From the NCBI GenBank assembly GCA_963719225.1, contig CAVRAY010000001.1:992001-1056000 (forward strand): a stretch of 64,000 nucleotides of DNA, read 5' to 3'. Numbering within the stretch: the stretch's first letter is position 1; the number at the start of each line of letters is the position of its first letter. A program made the position numbers and the translations under genes. The DNA comes from Thermoanaerobaculia bacterium (lineage in GTDB: Bacteria > Acidobacteriota > Thermoanaerobaculia > UBA5066). Under the pieces are notes generated by a model. It did not search any database, was not told the origin of the DNA, and saw only the letters and a program-made list of their open reading frames with translations. This document shows positions 23,630-32,565 of the stretch, in pieces.

Positions 23630-24379
23630 CTAGCCGGCCGACGGGCTCTCGCCGGAGTAACTGCGGATGAGCATGAGCGTCGTCATGCCGATCTCGAATT
23701 CCGACCGGTTGTCGAGCTCGGAGCGCGTCACGCGCTGGTCGTTCACGTAGGTGCCGTTCGTGGAGTTGAGATCCACGACGAAGACGTGCTCGTCCATCAC
23801 TTCGATGGCCGCGTGCTGGCGCGAGCACTGGATGTCGGCGACGACGATGTCCGCATTCGCGCGCCCGATGACGACGCGCGCCTTCTCGATCTCGAAGATG
23901 CGGCCCGAGTCCGGCCCCGAGATGCACGCGAGGGAAAGCCGCTGGTCGGCCGGAAGGCGCAACGGGCGCGTCGCGTGCCGGTTCGCGCCCGGCACCGGGA
24001 AGCGATCCGTCGTGGTGGCCGCGTCGGGCCCTCCGATCGGTCCCGTGCTTTCGGCCGCAGAGGGCATGACGCTGTCCGCTCCCGGCCCGGCGGAGGGCAC
24101 CACGCGCGCCGGCGCTCCCGGCATTCCGGCGGGAGGCTTGCGCTTCTTCGCCTCGGTCAGCGCGGTCTCGTCGAGAGCGAATTCGTCGCGGGACGGGCCG
24201 GCCGCGGAACGGCCCGCGGGGGCCGGGGCGGGGGCGGGGACGGACACCGGGAGCGCCGGGTTCCGGATTTCGAACACGGACGTGCACTTCGTGCACTTGA
24301 TCTTCTTCACAGCCGCGCCGCCGAAGCGCGATTCGTCGTAATGGTAACGAGCCTGGCACGACGTGCATTGAATGATCAC
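23630..24379 (-). CDS. Zinc-ribbon (MJ0042-type) plus FHA domain protein
   Basis: CTSC...CTKC N-terminus. FHA motifs IGR, SRQH and STNGT. Confidence 0.9.
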   Translation of the reverse strand: MIIQCTSCQARYHYDESRFGGAAVKKIKCTKCTSVFEIRNPALPVSVPAPAPAPAGRSAAGPSRDEFALDETALTEAKKRKPPAGMPGAPARVVPSAGPGADSVMPSAAESTGPIGGPDAATTTDRFPVPGANRHATRPLRLPADQRLSLACISGPDSGRIFEIEKARVVIGRANADIVVADIQCSRQHAAIEVMDEHVFVVDLNSTNGTYVNDQRVTRSELDNRSEFEIGMTTLMLIRSYSGESPSAG

Positions 24380-24440
24380 GTGACGAGACTCCCGCCCGAT
24401 CGGACGTTTCGCGGCATTAGAGCCTGTCCCGCTTCATCGA

Positions 24441-25613
24441 TCAAGCCCGTACGGCCTCCCGGACGCGTTCCACCGCGCGCGGGACCGCCTCGAGAAGCCG
24501 GTCCACGTCCTCTTCGCAGGAGGTCCTTCCGAAGGAGAAGCGAACCGTCGCGCGTGCTTCGGCGGGCGAAAGCCCGAGGGCGAGCAGGACGGCGCTCGGC
24601 GACGTCGTGCCCGCGTGGCAGGCAGAGCCCGCCGAGACCGCGATCCCGTCGAGATCCAGGGCCGCGACGAGCGTCTCCGCCTCCGCGCCGGGAAACAGCG
24701 CCGACGTGGCGGTCGCGAGGCGGGCCCCAGCGGCGGCGTTGATCCTCGCGTCCGGGACGCGGGCGAGAAGGCCGGCCTCGAATCGGTCGCGCAGGCGTGT
24801 GAGGCGCTCCGCCTCGAAAGAGAGATGGGCCGACGCGAGGCGGATGGCCGCGCCGAGGCCGACGACCGCCGCCACATTCTCGGTCCCGCCCCGCCGCCCC
24901 CGCTCCTGCCCGCCGCCGGCCGCGAGCGGCTGCACGCGGACGCCCGTGCGCACGTAAAGAGCGCCGGCGCCGAGAGGACCGCCGAACTTGTGCGCGGTGA
25001 GCGCGAGGAGGTCGACGCCGAGCCGGCGCACGTCGACCGCGATCTTTCCGACCGCCTGAACGGCGTCCGTATGGACGACGGCGCCCGCCTCCCTCGCCCG
25101 CGCGGCGAATGCGGCGAGGGAGTCGAAGATCGCCCCCGTCTCGTTGTTCGCGAGAAGGGCGGTCACGAGCGCCGTCCGTTCGTCGAACGAAGCCGGACCG
25201 CCGGCCTCCGGCACCCCTTGCGCGTTCACCGGAAGCTCGGCGGGCTCGAAACCGTCCTTTCGGAGGGAAAGCGCCGCTTCCCGAACGGCCGGGTGCTCGG
25301 CCGCGGTGAAGGCCACGCGGGTGCGCCTGGGATCGGTCTCCCGCGCCGCGTGCGCGGCTCCGCGCACCGCGAGGTTGTCGGCCTCGGTGCCTCCCGACGT
25401 GAAGACGATCTCCGGAGGCTCCGCGCCGAGGGCTCGCGCGACTTCGACCCTTGCCGCCTCCACTGCTTGCCGCGCCGCGCGGCCGGGACCGTGCGCGGAG
25501 GAGGGATTCGCGGTCCTCCCCTCGAGCCAGGGCCTCATGGCTTCGAAAACCTGCGGGTCGAGAGGCGTCGTGGCGTGGTGGTCCGCGTAGACGCTGCGGG
25601 CGGCGACGTTCAA
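24441..25613 (-). CDS. iscS: Cysteine desulfurase (IscS/NifS group I)
   Basis: YADHHATTP, NPSS, TSGGTEADN, TAHKFGGP and SAGSAC motifs. Start approximate (TTG). Confidence 0.9.
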   Translation of the reverse strand: MNVAARSVYADHHATTPLDPQVFEAMRPWLEGRTANPSSAHGPGRAARQAVEAARVEVARALGAEPPEIVFTSGGTEADNLAVRGAAHAARETDPRRTRVAFTAAEHPAVREAALSLRKDGFEPAELPVNAQGVPEAGGPASFDERTALVTALLANNETGAIFDSLAAFAARAREAGAVVHTDAVQAVGKIAVDVRRLGVDLLALTAHKFGGPLGAGALYVRTGVRVQPLAAGGGQERGRRGGTENVAAVVGLGAAIRLASAHLSFEAERLTRLRDRFEAGLLARVPDARINAAAGARLATATSALFPGAEAETLVAALDLDGIAVSAGSACHAGTTSPSAVLLALGLSPAEARATVRFSFGRTSCEEDVDRLLEAVPRAVERVREAVRA

Positions 25614-25783
25614 GAAAAGGGACCTCCGGACGGTCGATTGTATGGTCGTAGGGCCTTCGCGCGCCGAAAGGTCCGGTTTCGTGCCCCCTGGAGGACGTTG
25701 AGACCTGGAATCTGTCTTGCCTGCAGATTGCCAGGGAGAGGTCCGCCGGCACAGAATCGGCGCCTCGGCGGGAGGTCGGGACA

Positions 25784-28700
25784 ATGCGGTCGGGCAGGAG
25801 GTTTCTCGGAGTCGTCGCCCTCCTCGCGGCCGCACGGGCAGGTGCCGACAACCCGGCCCCGTCTCCGACCGCGGCGCCCGCGCTGCCCACGCCCCCTCCG
25901 CTCGTCGCCGTGAATCCGCCCGCACCCGCTCCGCAGGCGGCCCGCGGCCCAGAGGCATTGAGGCTTTTCGGCCGTCTCGACGACGACCGTTCGGCCGTCT
26001 ACATCGCGTCGGGGCCGCCGGACGCGCGCGTCACCGTGCGCTGCCCGGACGCGCTCAAGACTCTCGAGGTCTGGACGTACCTCGAGCACCCGACGCTCGG
26101 CAAGAACGCGCGCATCCTGTTCTTCCCCGAATACCCGACGGGCTCATATCGCTACTGGACCGTCCTGGAAGGCGAGCCCGTTCTCCTCGCGGCGTCCGCG
26201 AAGGGCAACCTCGCCGCGCTCGAGGCCGACAAATCCGCCTGTGCCGACGCGGCCCTCGTCGTCTCGACGGTCAAGGACATCTCGCGTCGGCAGGGGGACA
26301 ACAACGGCGGCCTCGCCGAGCGCGGAGCCCTCGCGGTGGCGCACCTCCTCCCCCCGGGCAGCGCGAAGCCGGAGGCGCCGGCTCCACAGCTCGTCTCGAA
26401 CAAGCCGCTCACGGGGAAAGAGCGCAAGAAGCTCACGCACGACCTGCCGGAAAAATACCGCCAGTTTCTCGAGGACGTCGAGCCGATCATCACGGACGTC
26501 GAGCGCGACACGCTGCTCAAGCTCGGCGAGGACTATCAGCGCGAGCATTTCCTCGACGACTTCTGGAAGCGCCGCTCGCTGGCGCCGGACGGCCTCCGGA
26601 TCGCGTTCCGCGACATCTACGAGATGCGGCTCCAGCAGGCCAAGGAGAGATTCCGGAACACGAACACGGACCAGGGCCGCATCTTCCTCGTGAACGGGCC
26701 GCCGGACGGCGTCAGGAAGATCGATTGCGAGGACGTCTACTGGCCGATCCAGATCTGGTACTACGAACGGCTCGAGTCGCTGCGCCTCTCGAAGGTCATT
26801 CTCCTCTTCTACCAGCCGTTCGGGGCGGGAGACTACCGGCTCTGGACGCCGCTCGACGGCGCGCAGGCGGTCGTCGCGGGCGGCATGCCGGGCGGGCTCG
26901 GGGCCGGCGCCTCGAGACGGGTCGACTTCAATCGCTGCATCGAGTCGCGGGACGTTCAGGCCGCGCTCAGCGCGGTCGCCGCCACGTTCGGGTCGACGGG
27001 AGCCTTGAAGCTCTCCTACGACATCCGCCAGGGCCCGAAGCCCGACGTCGAGGGGGCGGACCACATCCTCCAGATGACGACGGACGTCCAGGCGGGCGCG
27101 TCCACCTTGCCGCTGCAGCGCGTCTTCCGGTTTCCCGAGGCGATTGGCAGCCGGATCCGCATGGAGCTCTCGGTTCTCCTGGAGCGCGACTCGCTCTCCA
27201 AGAAGCAGATCGGCGAGGAGACGTTCTTCGACGTCGACGTCGTGGGCGAGGTCGTACGCGACGGGCGGCTGATCGACAACTTCCGCTACCGGTTCGACTT
27301 TCCGGCCTCCACGATCAGCGGTCCGTTCGTACCCCTCATGGTGGAACGCGATCTGTATCCCGGCGAGTACCGCCTCAAGGTGAAAGTCGCCGACGCGAAC
27401 CGCAATTCGGCCGCGCTCATCAGCGAGAAGCTCCGCGTTCCCGACACGCCCGACTCCACGCTCTCGCCGGAGGAGAAGAGCGCGCGCGAGGCCGCGAAGA
27501 AGGCCGTCTCGGAGCTCGTCGAGAACGCCGGCCCGAAAGGCTCGCTCTCGCTCATCCCGATCGCGCGCGAGATCGCGACGGGCCTCATCCGCTTCGAGAC
27601 GCGCGCCTCCTCGAACGACATTTCGTTCACCGAGTTCTACCTGAACAACACGCGGGTCGTGACCAAGAGGAGGCCTCCGTTTTCGGCGGACCTCGACCTC
27701 GGCGACCTTCCGCGCAAGCACGTCGTCAAGGTGATCGGGTACGCGAAGGACGGAAAGCCCATCGCCCAGGACGAGGTCATCCTCAACGAGGGCCGCGAGG
27801 CCTTCCGCCTGCGAATCACGAATCCCGCGAAGGGCGCGAAGCTCGAGGGGCCGACGCGCGTCGTCGCCGACATCGCCGTGCCCGAGACGAAGCGGCTCAT
27901 GCAGGTCGAGTTCTACGTGAACGACAAGCGGTCCGCGGTCCTGTATCAGGAGCCGTTCCAGCAGCTCGTGGACGTTCCGAAGAGCAAGGACCTCGGCTTC
28001 CTGCGGGTCGTCGCGACGCTCGACGACGGATCCTCGACCGAGGACGTCCGCTACTACAACGCGCCGAAGTACCTCTCCGAAGAGAACGTCAAGGCCATCG
28101 AGCTCTATACGAGCGTGTTCAGCAAGGGACGGCCCGTGACCGGGCTGACGAAGGAGAACTTCGCCGTTCTGGAGGACACCGTGCCGCAGACGGTGGACGC
28201 CTTCGAGGTCGTCACGAACCTCCCGCTCTCGCTCGGGATCGGCGTCGACACCTCGGGCTCGATGGAGGAGTCCATCGTCGAAGCTCAGAAGGCCGCCGTC
28301 GAGTTCCTGAAAGACGTCATGACGAAGCGGGACCGATCGTTCCTCGTCACCTTCGACAACGAGCCCCAGCTCGTCTCCCGCTTCACGACGGACCGCGACC
28401 GTCTCGCCCAGGCGCTCGCGGGGCTGCGCGCACAGGGCTCGACCGCTCTCTGGGACGCGCTCGTGTACGGGCTGTACCAGTACCAGGGCACCCGCGGCCG
28501 GAAGGCCTACGTCATCCTGACGGACGGCGAGGACCGCAGCTCGCACTTCACGTTCGACGCCGCGCTCGACTATGCGAAGAAGACCGGCGTCGCCGTGTAT
28601 TTCATCGGCCTGAAGATCGGGGCGACGCAGATCGACGTGAAGCACAAGCTGAGCCGCATCGCGAAGGAGACGGGGGGCACCGTCTATTACGTCGACTCCG

Positions 28701-28870
28701 CGCGAAATCTCGCGAAGATCTACGCGGAGATCAACGAGGAGCTGCGCAGCCAGTACCTCCTCTCGTACGTGCCGCAGAACAAGTCGTTGTCGAACCAGTG
28801 GCGGAAGATCGAGGTGAAGATGACGCCCTCGAACCTGACCGCCCGGACGATCAGCGGGTATTACCCCTAG
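25784..28870 (+). CDS. Secreted GWxTD-like / Ig-like / VWA domain protein (acidobacterial type)
   Basis: Signal peptide, FWKRR...TDQGRIFLVNGPPD, MIDAS DTSGS, TALWDA, LTDGED and ETGG motifs. Confidence 0.85.
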   Translation: MRSGRRFLGVVALLAAARAGADNPAPSPTAAPALPTPPPLVAVNPPAPAPQAARGPEALRLFGRLDDDRSAVYIASGPPDARVTVRCPDALKTLEVWTYLEHPTLGKNARILFFPEYPTGSYRYWTVLEGEPVLLAASAKGNLAALEADKSACADAALVVSTVKDISRRQGDNNGGLAERGALAVAHLLPPGSAKPEAPAPQLVSNKPLTGKERKKLTHDLPEKYRQFLEDVEPIITDVERDTLLKLGEDYQREHFLDDFWKRRSLAPDGLRIAFRDIYEMRLQQAKERFRNTNTDQGRIFLVNGPPDGVRKIDCEDVYWPIQIWYYERLESLRLSKVILLFYQPFGAGDYRLWTPLDGAQAVVAGGMPGGLGAGASRRVDFNRCIESRDVQAALSAVAATFGSTGALKLSYDIRQGPKPDVEGADHILQMTTDVQAGASTLPLQRVFRFPEAIGSRIRMELSVLLERDSLSKKQIGEETFFDVDVVGEVVRDGRLIDNFRYRFDFPASTISGPFVPLMVERDLYPGEYRLKVKVADANRNSAALISEKLRVPDTPDSTLSPEEKSAREAAKKAVSELVENAGPKGSLSLIPIAREIATGLIRFETRASSNDISFTEFYLNNTRVVTKRRPPFSADLDLGDLPRKHVVKVIGYAKDGKPIAQDEVILNEGREAFRLRITNPAKGAKLEGPTRVVADIAVPETKRLMQVEFYVNDKRSAVLYQEPFQQLVDVPKSKDLGFLRVVATLDDGSSTEDVRYYNAPKYLSEENVKAIELYTSVFSKGRPVTGLTKENFAVLEDTVPQTVDAFEVVTNLPLSLGIGVDTSGSMEESIVEAQKAAVEFLKDVMTKRDRSFLVTFDNEPQLVSRFTTDRDRLAQALAGLRAQGSTALWDALVYGLYQYQGTRGRKAYVILTDGEDRSSHFTFDAALDYAKKTGVAVYFIGLKIGATQIDVKHKLSRIAKETGGTVYYVDSARNLAKIYAEINEELRSQYLLSYVPQNKSLSNQWRKIEVKMTPSNLTARTISGYYP

Positions 28871-28873
28871 CCC

Positions 28874-28894
28874 GGAAACCCATACCGGGTTTCC
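28874..28894 (+). terminator. Hairpin after the VWA gene (possible terminator)
   Basis: GGAAACCC-ATACC-GGGTTTCC right after the stop codon. No clear U-tract. Confidence 0.45.
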
Positions 28895-28917
28895 CTCACC
28901 CTTCCGGCCTCAGTTGC

Positions 28918-28957
28918 TTGACCGGCTCGGTAGGAATTCATACCATGACGGTATGAA
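28918..28957 (+). promoter_or_regulatory. Sigma70-type promoter with palindromic operator for the second toxin-antitoxin operon
   Basis: TTGACC-17 nt-TACCAT, 6 nt before the ATG. Inverted repeat TTCATACC-N5-GGTATGAA (28937-28957). Confidence 0.7.
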
Positions 28958-29213
28958 AAGCATCGTGTCCGAAAAAGGTCAGGTCACGATTCCCAAGGCG
29001 CTCCGCGACAAGCTGGGGCTGCGCGCGGGTCAAGTCTTGGAGTTCGAGGCGCGGGGAGGCGCGCTCGTCGGGCGGAAGCGCAAGGGGCCGGGGCGGGCCG
29101 TCGACCGGCTTTTCGGGATCCTCCCGCGCATCGACGTCGACGAGGAGATCGAGCGGTTCCGGGGGAAGGCCTGGAATCCGAGGGAGGACGGGCCCCGTGC
29201 GGACCGCCGTTGA
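28953..29213 (+). CDS. AbrB/MazE/SpoVT family antitoxin
   Basis: MKSIVSEKGQVTIPKALRDKLGL. Confidence 0.9.
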   Translation: MKSIVSEKGQVTIPKALRDKLGLRAGQVLEFEARGGALVGRKRKGPGRAVDRLFGILPRIDVDEEIERFRGKAWNPREDGPRADRR

Positions 29214-29604
29214 CTCCAGCGTCCTCCTCGACCTCTTCACGGCGAACCCCGTATTCGGGGCTCGTTCGCAGGAGGCTCTCGACCGCGCGTCCGGCGAAGG
29301 CGCGCTCCTGGCCTGCGAAGTCGTCTGGGCGGAAGTTCGGGCCTTCTTCCCGAGCGCGAGCCTTTTCGAGGGATCCATGACCGATCTCGGTCTCGAGTTC
29401 GACGCAAGCGACCGTGAGTGCGCTGTTCGTGCCGGTGCCGCCTGGAGACGGTATCGGTCGGAAGGGGGGAGACGTGCGGCGCTCGTTCCGGATTTCCTCG
29501 TCGGCGCTCACGCGGCGACGCGCGCGGATCGCCTCCTGACGAGGGACCGCGGGTTCGCGCGACGCTACTTTCGGGGTCTTCGCATCATCGACCCGTCCTC
29601 ATGA
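29197..29604 (+). CDS. PIN-domain toxin (VapC family)
   Basis: TAVDSSVLLD...VWAE...PDFLVGAHA...LLTRD. Overlaps the antitoxin gene. Confidence 0.9.
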   Translation: MRTAVDSSVLLDLFTANPVFGARSQEALDRASGEGALLACEVVWAEVRAFFPSASLFEGSMTDLGLEFDASDRECAVRAGAAWRRYRSEGGRRAALVPDFLVGAHAATRADRLLTRDRGFARRYFRGLRIIDPSS

Positions 29605-30188
29605 GCAACCTTCCTCCGATCGTTCTGGCATCGGGCTCTCCTCGTCGAAAAGAAATCCTCTCCTCTCTCGGGCTGACCTTCGAAACCCGTGCGACGGACG
29701 TGGACGAGACGCTCCTGAAGGGCGAAAGCGCTTTCGACGCGGCCGAGCGGCTTGCGCGCGCGAAGGCGTCCGCGGCGGCCGCCCGGGCGCCCGAGGCTCT
29801 CGTCATCGCCGCCGACACGCTCGTCGTCCTCGAGGGCGAAGCGCTCGGAAAGCCGAAGGACCGCGGCGAGGTCCGCCGGATGCTCGCCGCGCTTTCGGGG
29901 CGTCCGCATCACGTCGTGACGGGGGTCGCCTGCGCGAAGGAAGGCCGGGTCGTCTCGGGACGCGAGACGACGCGCGTCCTCTTCGCGCCGATGAGCTCCG
30001 CCGAGATCGAGGAATATGCCGCGACGGGGGAGCCCGACGACAAGGCAGGCGCCTACGCATTGCAGGGAATCGGGGGTCTTTTCGTGGAAGCCGTGGAGGG
30101 GAGTCCCTCGAACGTCGTGGGTCTTCCGGTCCGGCTCCTCTACCGGCTCGCCCGGGAGCTGGGCGTCGATCTCGCGCTCAGACCCTGA
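29601..30188 (+). CDS. maf: Maf family nucleoside triphosphate pyrophosphatase
   Basis: IVLASGSPRR, AADT, LGKP, DKAGAY and NVVGLP motifs. Confidence 0.95.
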   Translation: MSNLPPIVLASGSPRRKEILSSLGLTFETRATDVDETLLKGESAFDAAERLARAKASAAAARAPEALVIAADTLVVLEGEALGKPKDRGEVRRMLAALSGRPHHVVTGVACAKEGRVVSGRETTRVLFAPMSSAEIEEYAATGEPDDKAGAYALQGIGGLFVEAVEGSPSNVVGLPVRLLYRLARELGVDLALRP

Positions 30189-30672
30189 TCGCCGAAAACT
30201 CGCCGGACGTGTCCCGCGCGGCGGCACGGGCGATCTGGAGGACGCCCGCGAAGACGAGGTCTCCGGTCAGGGTTGCGGCTCCGGCCCGCACCTTGATCGG
30301 CCGGGGCGACGGGCCTTTCCCCTCCCGCCACGGCCTGAACGTCTCGCCGAGCCGCGCCACTTTCAGCTTGCACGCCTCGAGGTCGGCCTCGACGAGGAGC
30401 GCGAGGAACTCGTCGTCTTCCCAGCGGAACAGAAAATCCGTCAGGCGCAGGTTCGCGAGGAGCGTGTTCGCGATCGTGCGCACGACGCCGTCGACGGTCG
30501 CCGGCTGTTCGGCGTGCACGAACGCGTCCCAGTTCGACAGCACGACCGACATGACGGACAGAACGACGCCGTGGCGCCGCGCCCGTTCCAGCTCGCGTTC
30601 GATGATCTCGTCGAAGAAGGCTCGGCTGTAAGCTCCCGAGTGCGGGTCTCGAATGAGCAGCGCGGCACCCAT
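30178..30672 (-). CDS. Stand-alone degenerate GGDEF domain protein
   Basis: RDPHSGAYSR start. RLTD I-site followed by EDDEF in place of GGDEF. Confidence 0.82.
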   Translation of the reverse strand: MGAALLIRDPHSGAYSRAFFDEIIERELERARRHGVVLSVMSVVLSNWDAFVHAEQPATVDGVVRTIANTLLANLRLTDFLFRWEDDEFLALLVEADLEACKLKVARLGETFRPWREGKGPSPRPIKVRAGAATLTGDLVFAGVLQIARAAARDTSGEFSAIRV

Positions 30673-30693
30673 GGGGGAATCCTACCCCGACGA

Positions 30694-30796
30694 AGAGAAG
30701 ATTTTCTTAGAAGGGTCATAGAGGCCGGGACACCCCCTAACGCTCCGGCGAATCGCAGCGGCGAATTGCCCACGCACCCTTCTAAGAATCTTCTCT
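30694..30796. repeat. About 100-bp intergenic element with long terminal inverted repeats (REP/MITE-like)
   Basis: AGAGAAGATTttCTTAGAAGGGT (30694-30716) and ACCCTTCTAAGAATCTTCTCT (30776-30796) are reverse complements apart from a 2-nt indel. Confidence 0.75.
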
Positions 30797-30816
30797 CTGG
30801 CGTAGTCTGACATCCG

Positions 30817-32565
30817 ATGGAGTCGCCCGAGAGGTCCAAGCCGCTGCCCCTGGCCGAGTTCGTCGCGGCGGCGCGCGGCAATGTCCCGGCCGATCTCGTC
30901 CTGAAGAACGCCCGCATCGTGAACGTCCTCACGGGCGAGATCCACGACGGATCCGTCGGCGTGAAAGGCGACCGGATTCTCGGCTTCGGCCATTACCGCG
31001 CCGCCCGGAAAGGCGACGAGATCGATCTCCGGGGCGCGTACGTCGCGCCCGCGCTCTGGGACGCGCACCTCCACGTCGAGTCCACGATGACGACGCCGGC
31101 GACGTTCGCTCGTCTCGCGGCCGCGCACGGCACCGCGGCGGCGATCACCGACCCGCACGAGATCGCGAACGTGAAAGGCGTGCCGGGTATCCGGGCCTTT
31201 CTCCAGGCCGCTTCCGGCCTCCCGGTGAACGTCTTCGTCATGCTGCCGTCGTGCGTGCCCTCCACGCATCTCGAAACGGCGGGGGCGACGCTCACGGCCT
31301 CCGACCTCTCGCCGCTCTACGACCTTCCGGATGTCCTCGGGCTCGCCGAGATGATGAACGTCCCGGGCTTTCTCTTCGGAGACGCCGCCGTCACGCGCAA
31401 GGTCGAAGATGCGCGTCGCCGCGGTGTCCCGATCGACGGGCATTCGCCGCTCCTCTCCGGCCTGGATCTGAACGCCTACATCGGGGCCGGCATGCGCTCC
31501 GACCACGAATGCCTCTCGCGCGCCGAGGCGCACGAGAAGGTCCGGCGCGGCATGGACATCTGGATCCGCGAGGGAACGGCGGCGAAGAACCTCGACGATC
31601 TCCTGCCGCTCGTCACGCCCGCGAATTCCGAGCGCTTCGCCTTCGCGACGGACGATCGTCACCCGTGGGACCTCCTCACGCACGGCCACCTCGATCACCA
31701 CGTGAGGCGCGCCGTGGCGCTCGGCCTGGACCCCGTCCTCGCGATCCGCCTCGCCTCGTGGTCGTGCGCCCGCCATTACGGTTTCACCGACCGTGGCGCC
31801 GTCGCGCCCGGCTTTCGGGCCGACCTGCTGACGTTCGAGCGGCTGGAAGACTTCCGGCCCGATCTCGTCGTCCTGGGCGGGCGGCGCGTCGCGAAGGGCG
31901 GGCGTCTCCTGGAGGAGATCGCGGCCGCGCCCATGGAGGAAGGACCCTGCTTCCGCCTCGAGGGCTTCGACCGCTCCCGGCTCCGGATCGCGGCGCCCGA
32001 GGGCGCTTCTCTTCGCGTGATCGAAGTGCGCGCGGGCTCGCTCGCGACGGGCGCGTCGACGGTGCCCGCGCGGCTCCTGGACGGCGCGGCCGCGGCGGAC
32101 ACCTCGCGTGACGTCTTGAAGCTCGCGGTCGTCGAGCGGCACCGCGGCACGGGCAACGTCGGCGTCGCGTTCGCCCGGGGCTTCGGCCTGAAGCGGGGGG
32201 CGATCGCGTCGTCCGTCGCCCACGATTCGCACAACATCGTGGTCGTCGGGGCGGACGACGCCTCGATGGAGACGGCCGTGCGCCGCGTCGCCGCGATCGG
32301 AGGCGGCGTCGTCGTGGCGGACGGCGCGCAGGCGCTCGCGGAAGTTCCGCTGCCGGTCGCCGGGCTGATGTCGAACGCGCCGATGGCCGACGTCGATGCG
32401 AAGGAGCGCTTCGCGAACGAGGCGGCGCACGCGCTCTCCGGGACGATGGACCACCCGTTCATGACGCTCGCCTTCCTCGCGCTGCCCGTCATCCCGGAGC
32501 TGAAGCTCACGGACAAGGGTCTCGTCGACGTCGGCAAGTTTGATTTCGTGAGTCCCGTGGCGTGA
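30817..32565 (+). CDS. ade: Adenine deaminase
   Basis: DAHLHVES, DPHEIANV, LAEMMN, DGHSP, DHE, TDDRH and SSVAHDSHN motifs. Confidence 0.96.
   Translation: MESPERSKPLPLAEFVAAARGNVPADLVLKNARIVNVLTGEIHDGSVGVKGDRILGFGHYRAARKGDEIDLRGAYVAPALWDAHLHVESTMTTPATFARLAAAHGTAAAITDPHEIANVKGVPGIRAFLQAASGLPVNVFVMLPSCVPSTHLETAGATLTASDLSPLYDLPDVLGLAEMMNVPGFLFGDAAVTRKVEDARRRGVPIDGHSPLLSGLDLNAYIGAGMRSDHECLSRAEAHEKVRRGMDIWIREGTAAKNLDDLLPLVTPANSERFAFATDDRHPWDLLTHGHLDHHVRRAVALGLDPVLAIRLASWSCARHYGFTDRGAVAPGFRADLLTFERLEDFRPDLVVLGGRRVAKGGRLLEEIAAAPMEEGPCFRLEGFDRSRLRIAAPEGASLRVIEVRAGSLATGASTVPARLLDGAAAADTSRDVLKLAVVERHRGTGNVGVAFARGFGLKRGAIASSVAHDSHNIVVVGADDASMETAVRRVAAIGGGVVVADGAQALAEVPLPVAGLMSNAPMADVDAKERFANEAAHALSGTMDHPFMTLAFLALPVIPELKLTDKGLVDVGKFDFVSPVA

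Noticed and set aside
25704-25735. Hairpin CCTGG-AATCTG-N9-CAGATT-G-CCAGG between iscS and the VWA gene as a riboswitch or ncRNA
   Set aside because: No recognisable aptamer motifs. It could be an operator, but there is only one copy and nothing else supports a call.
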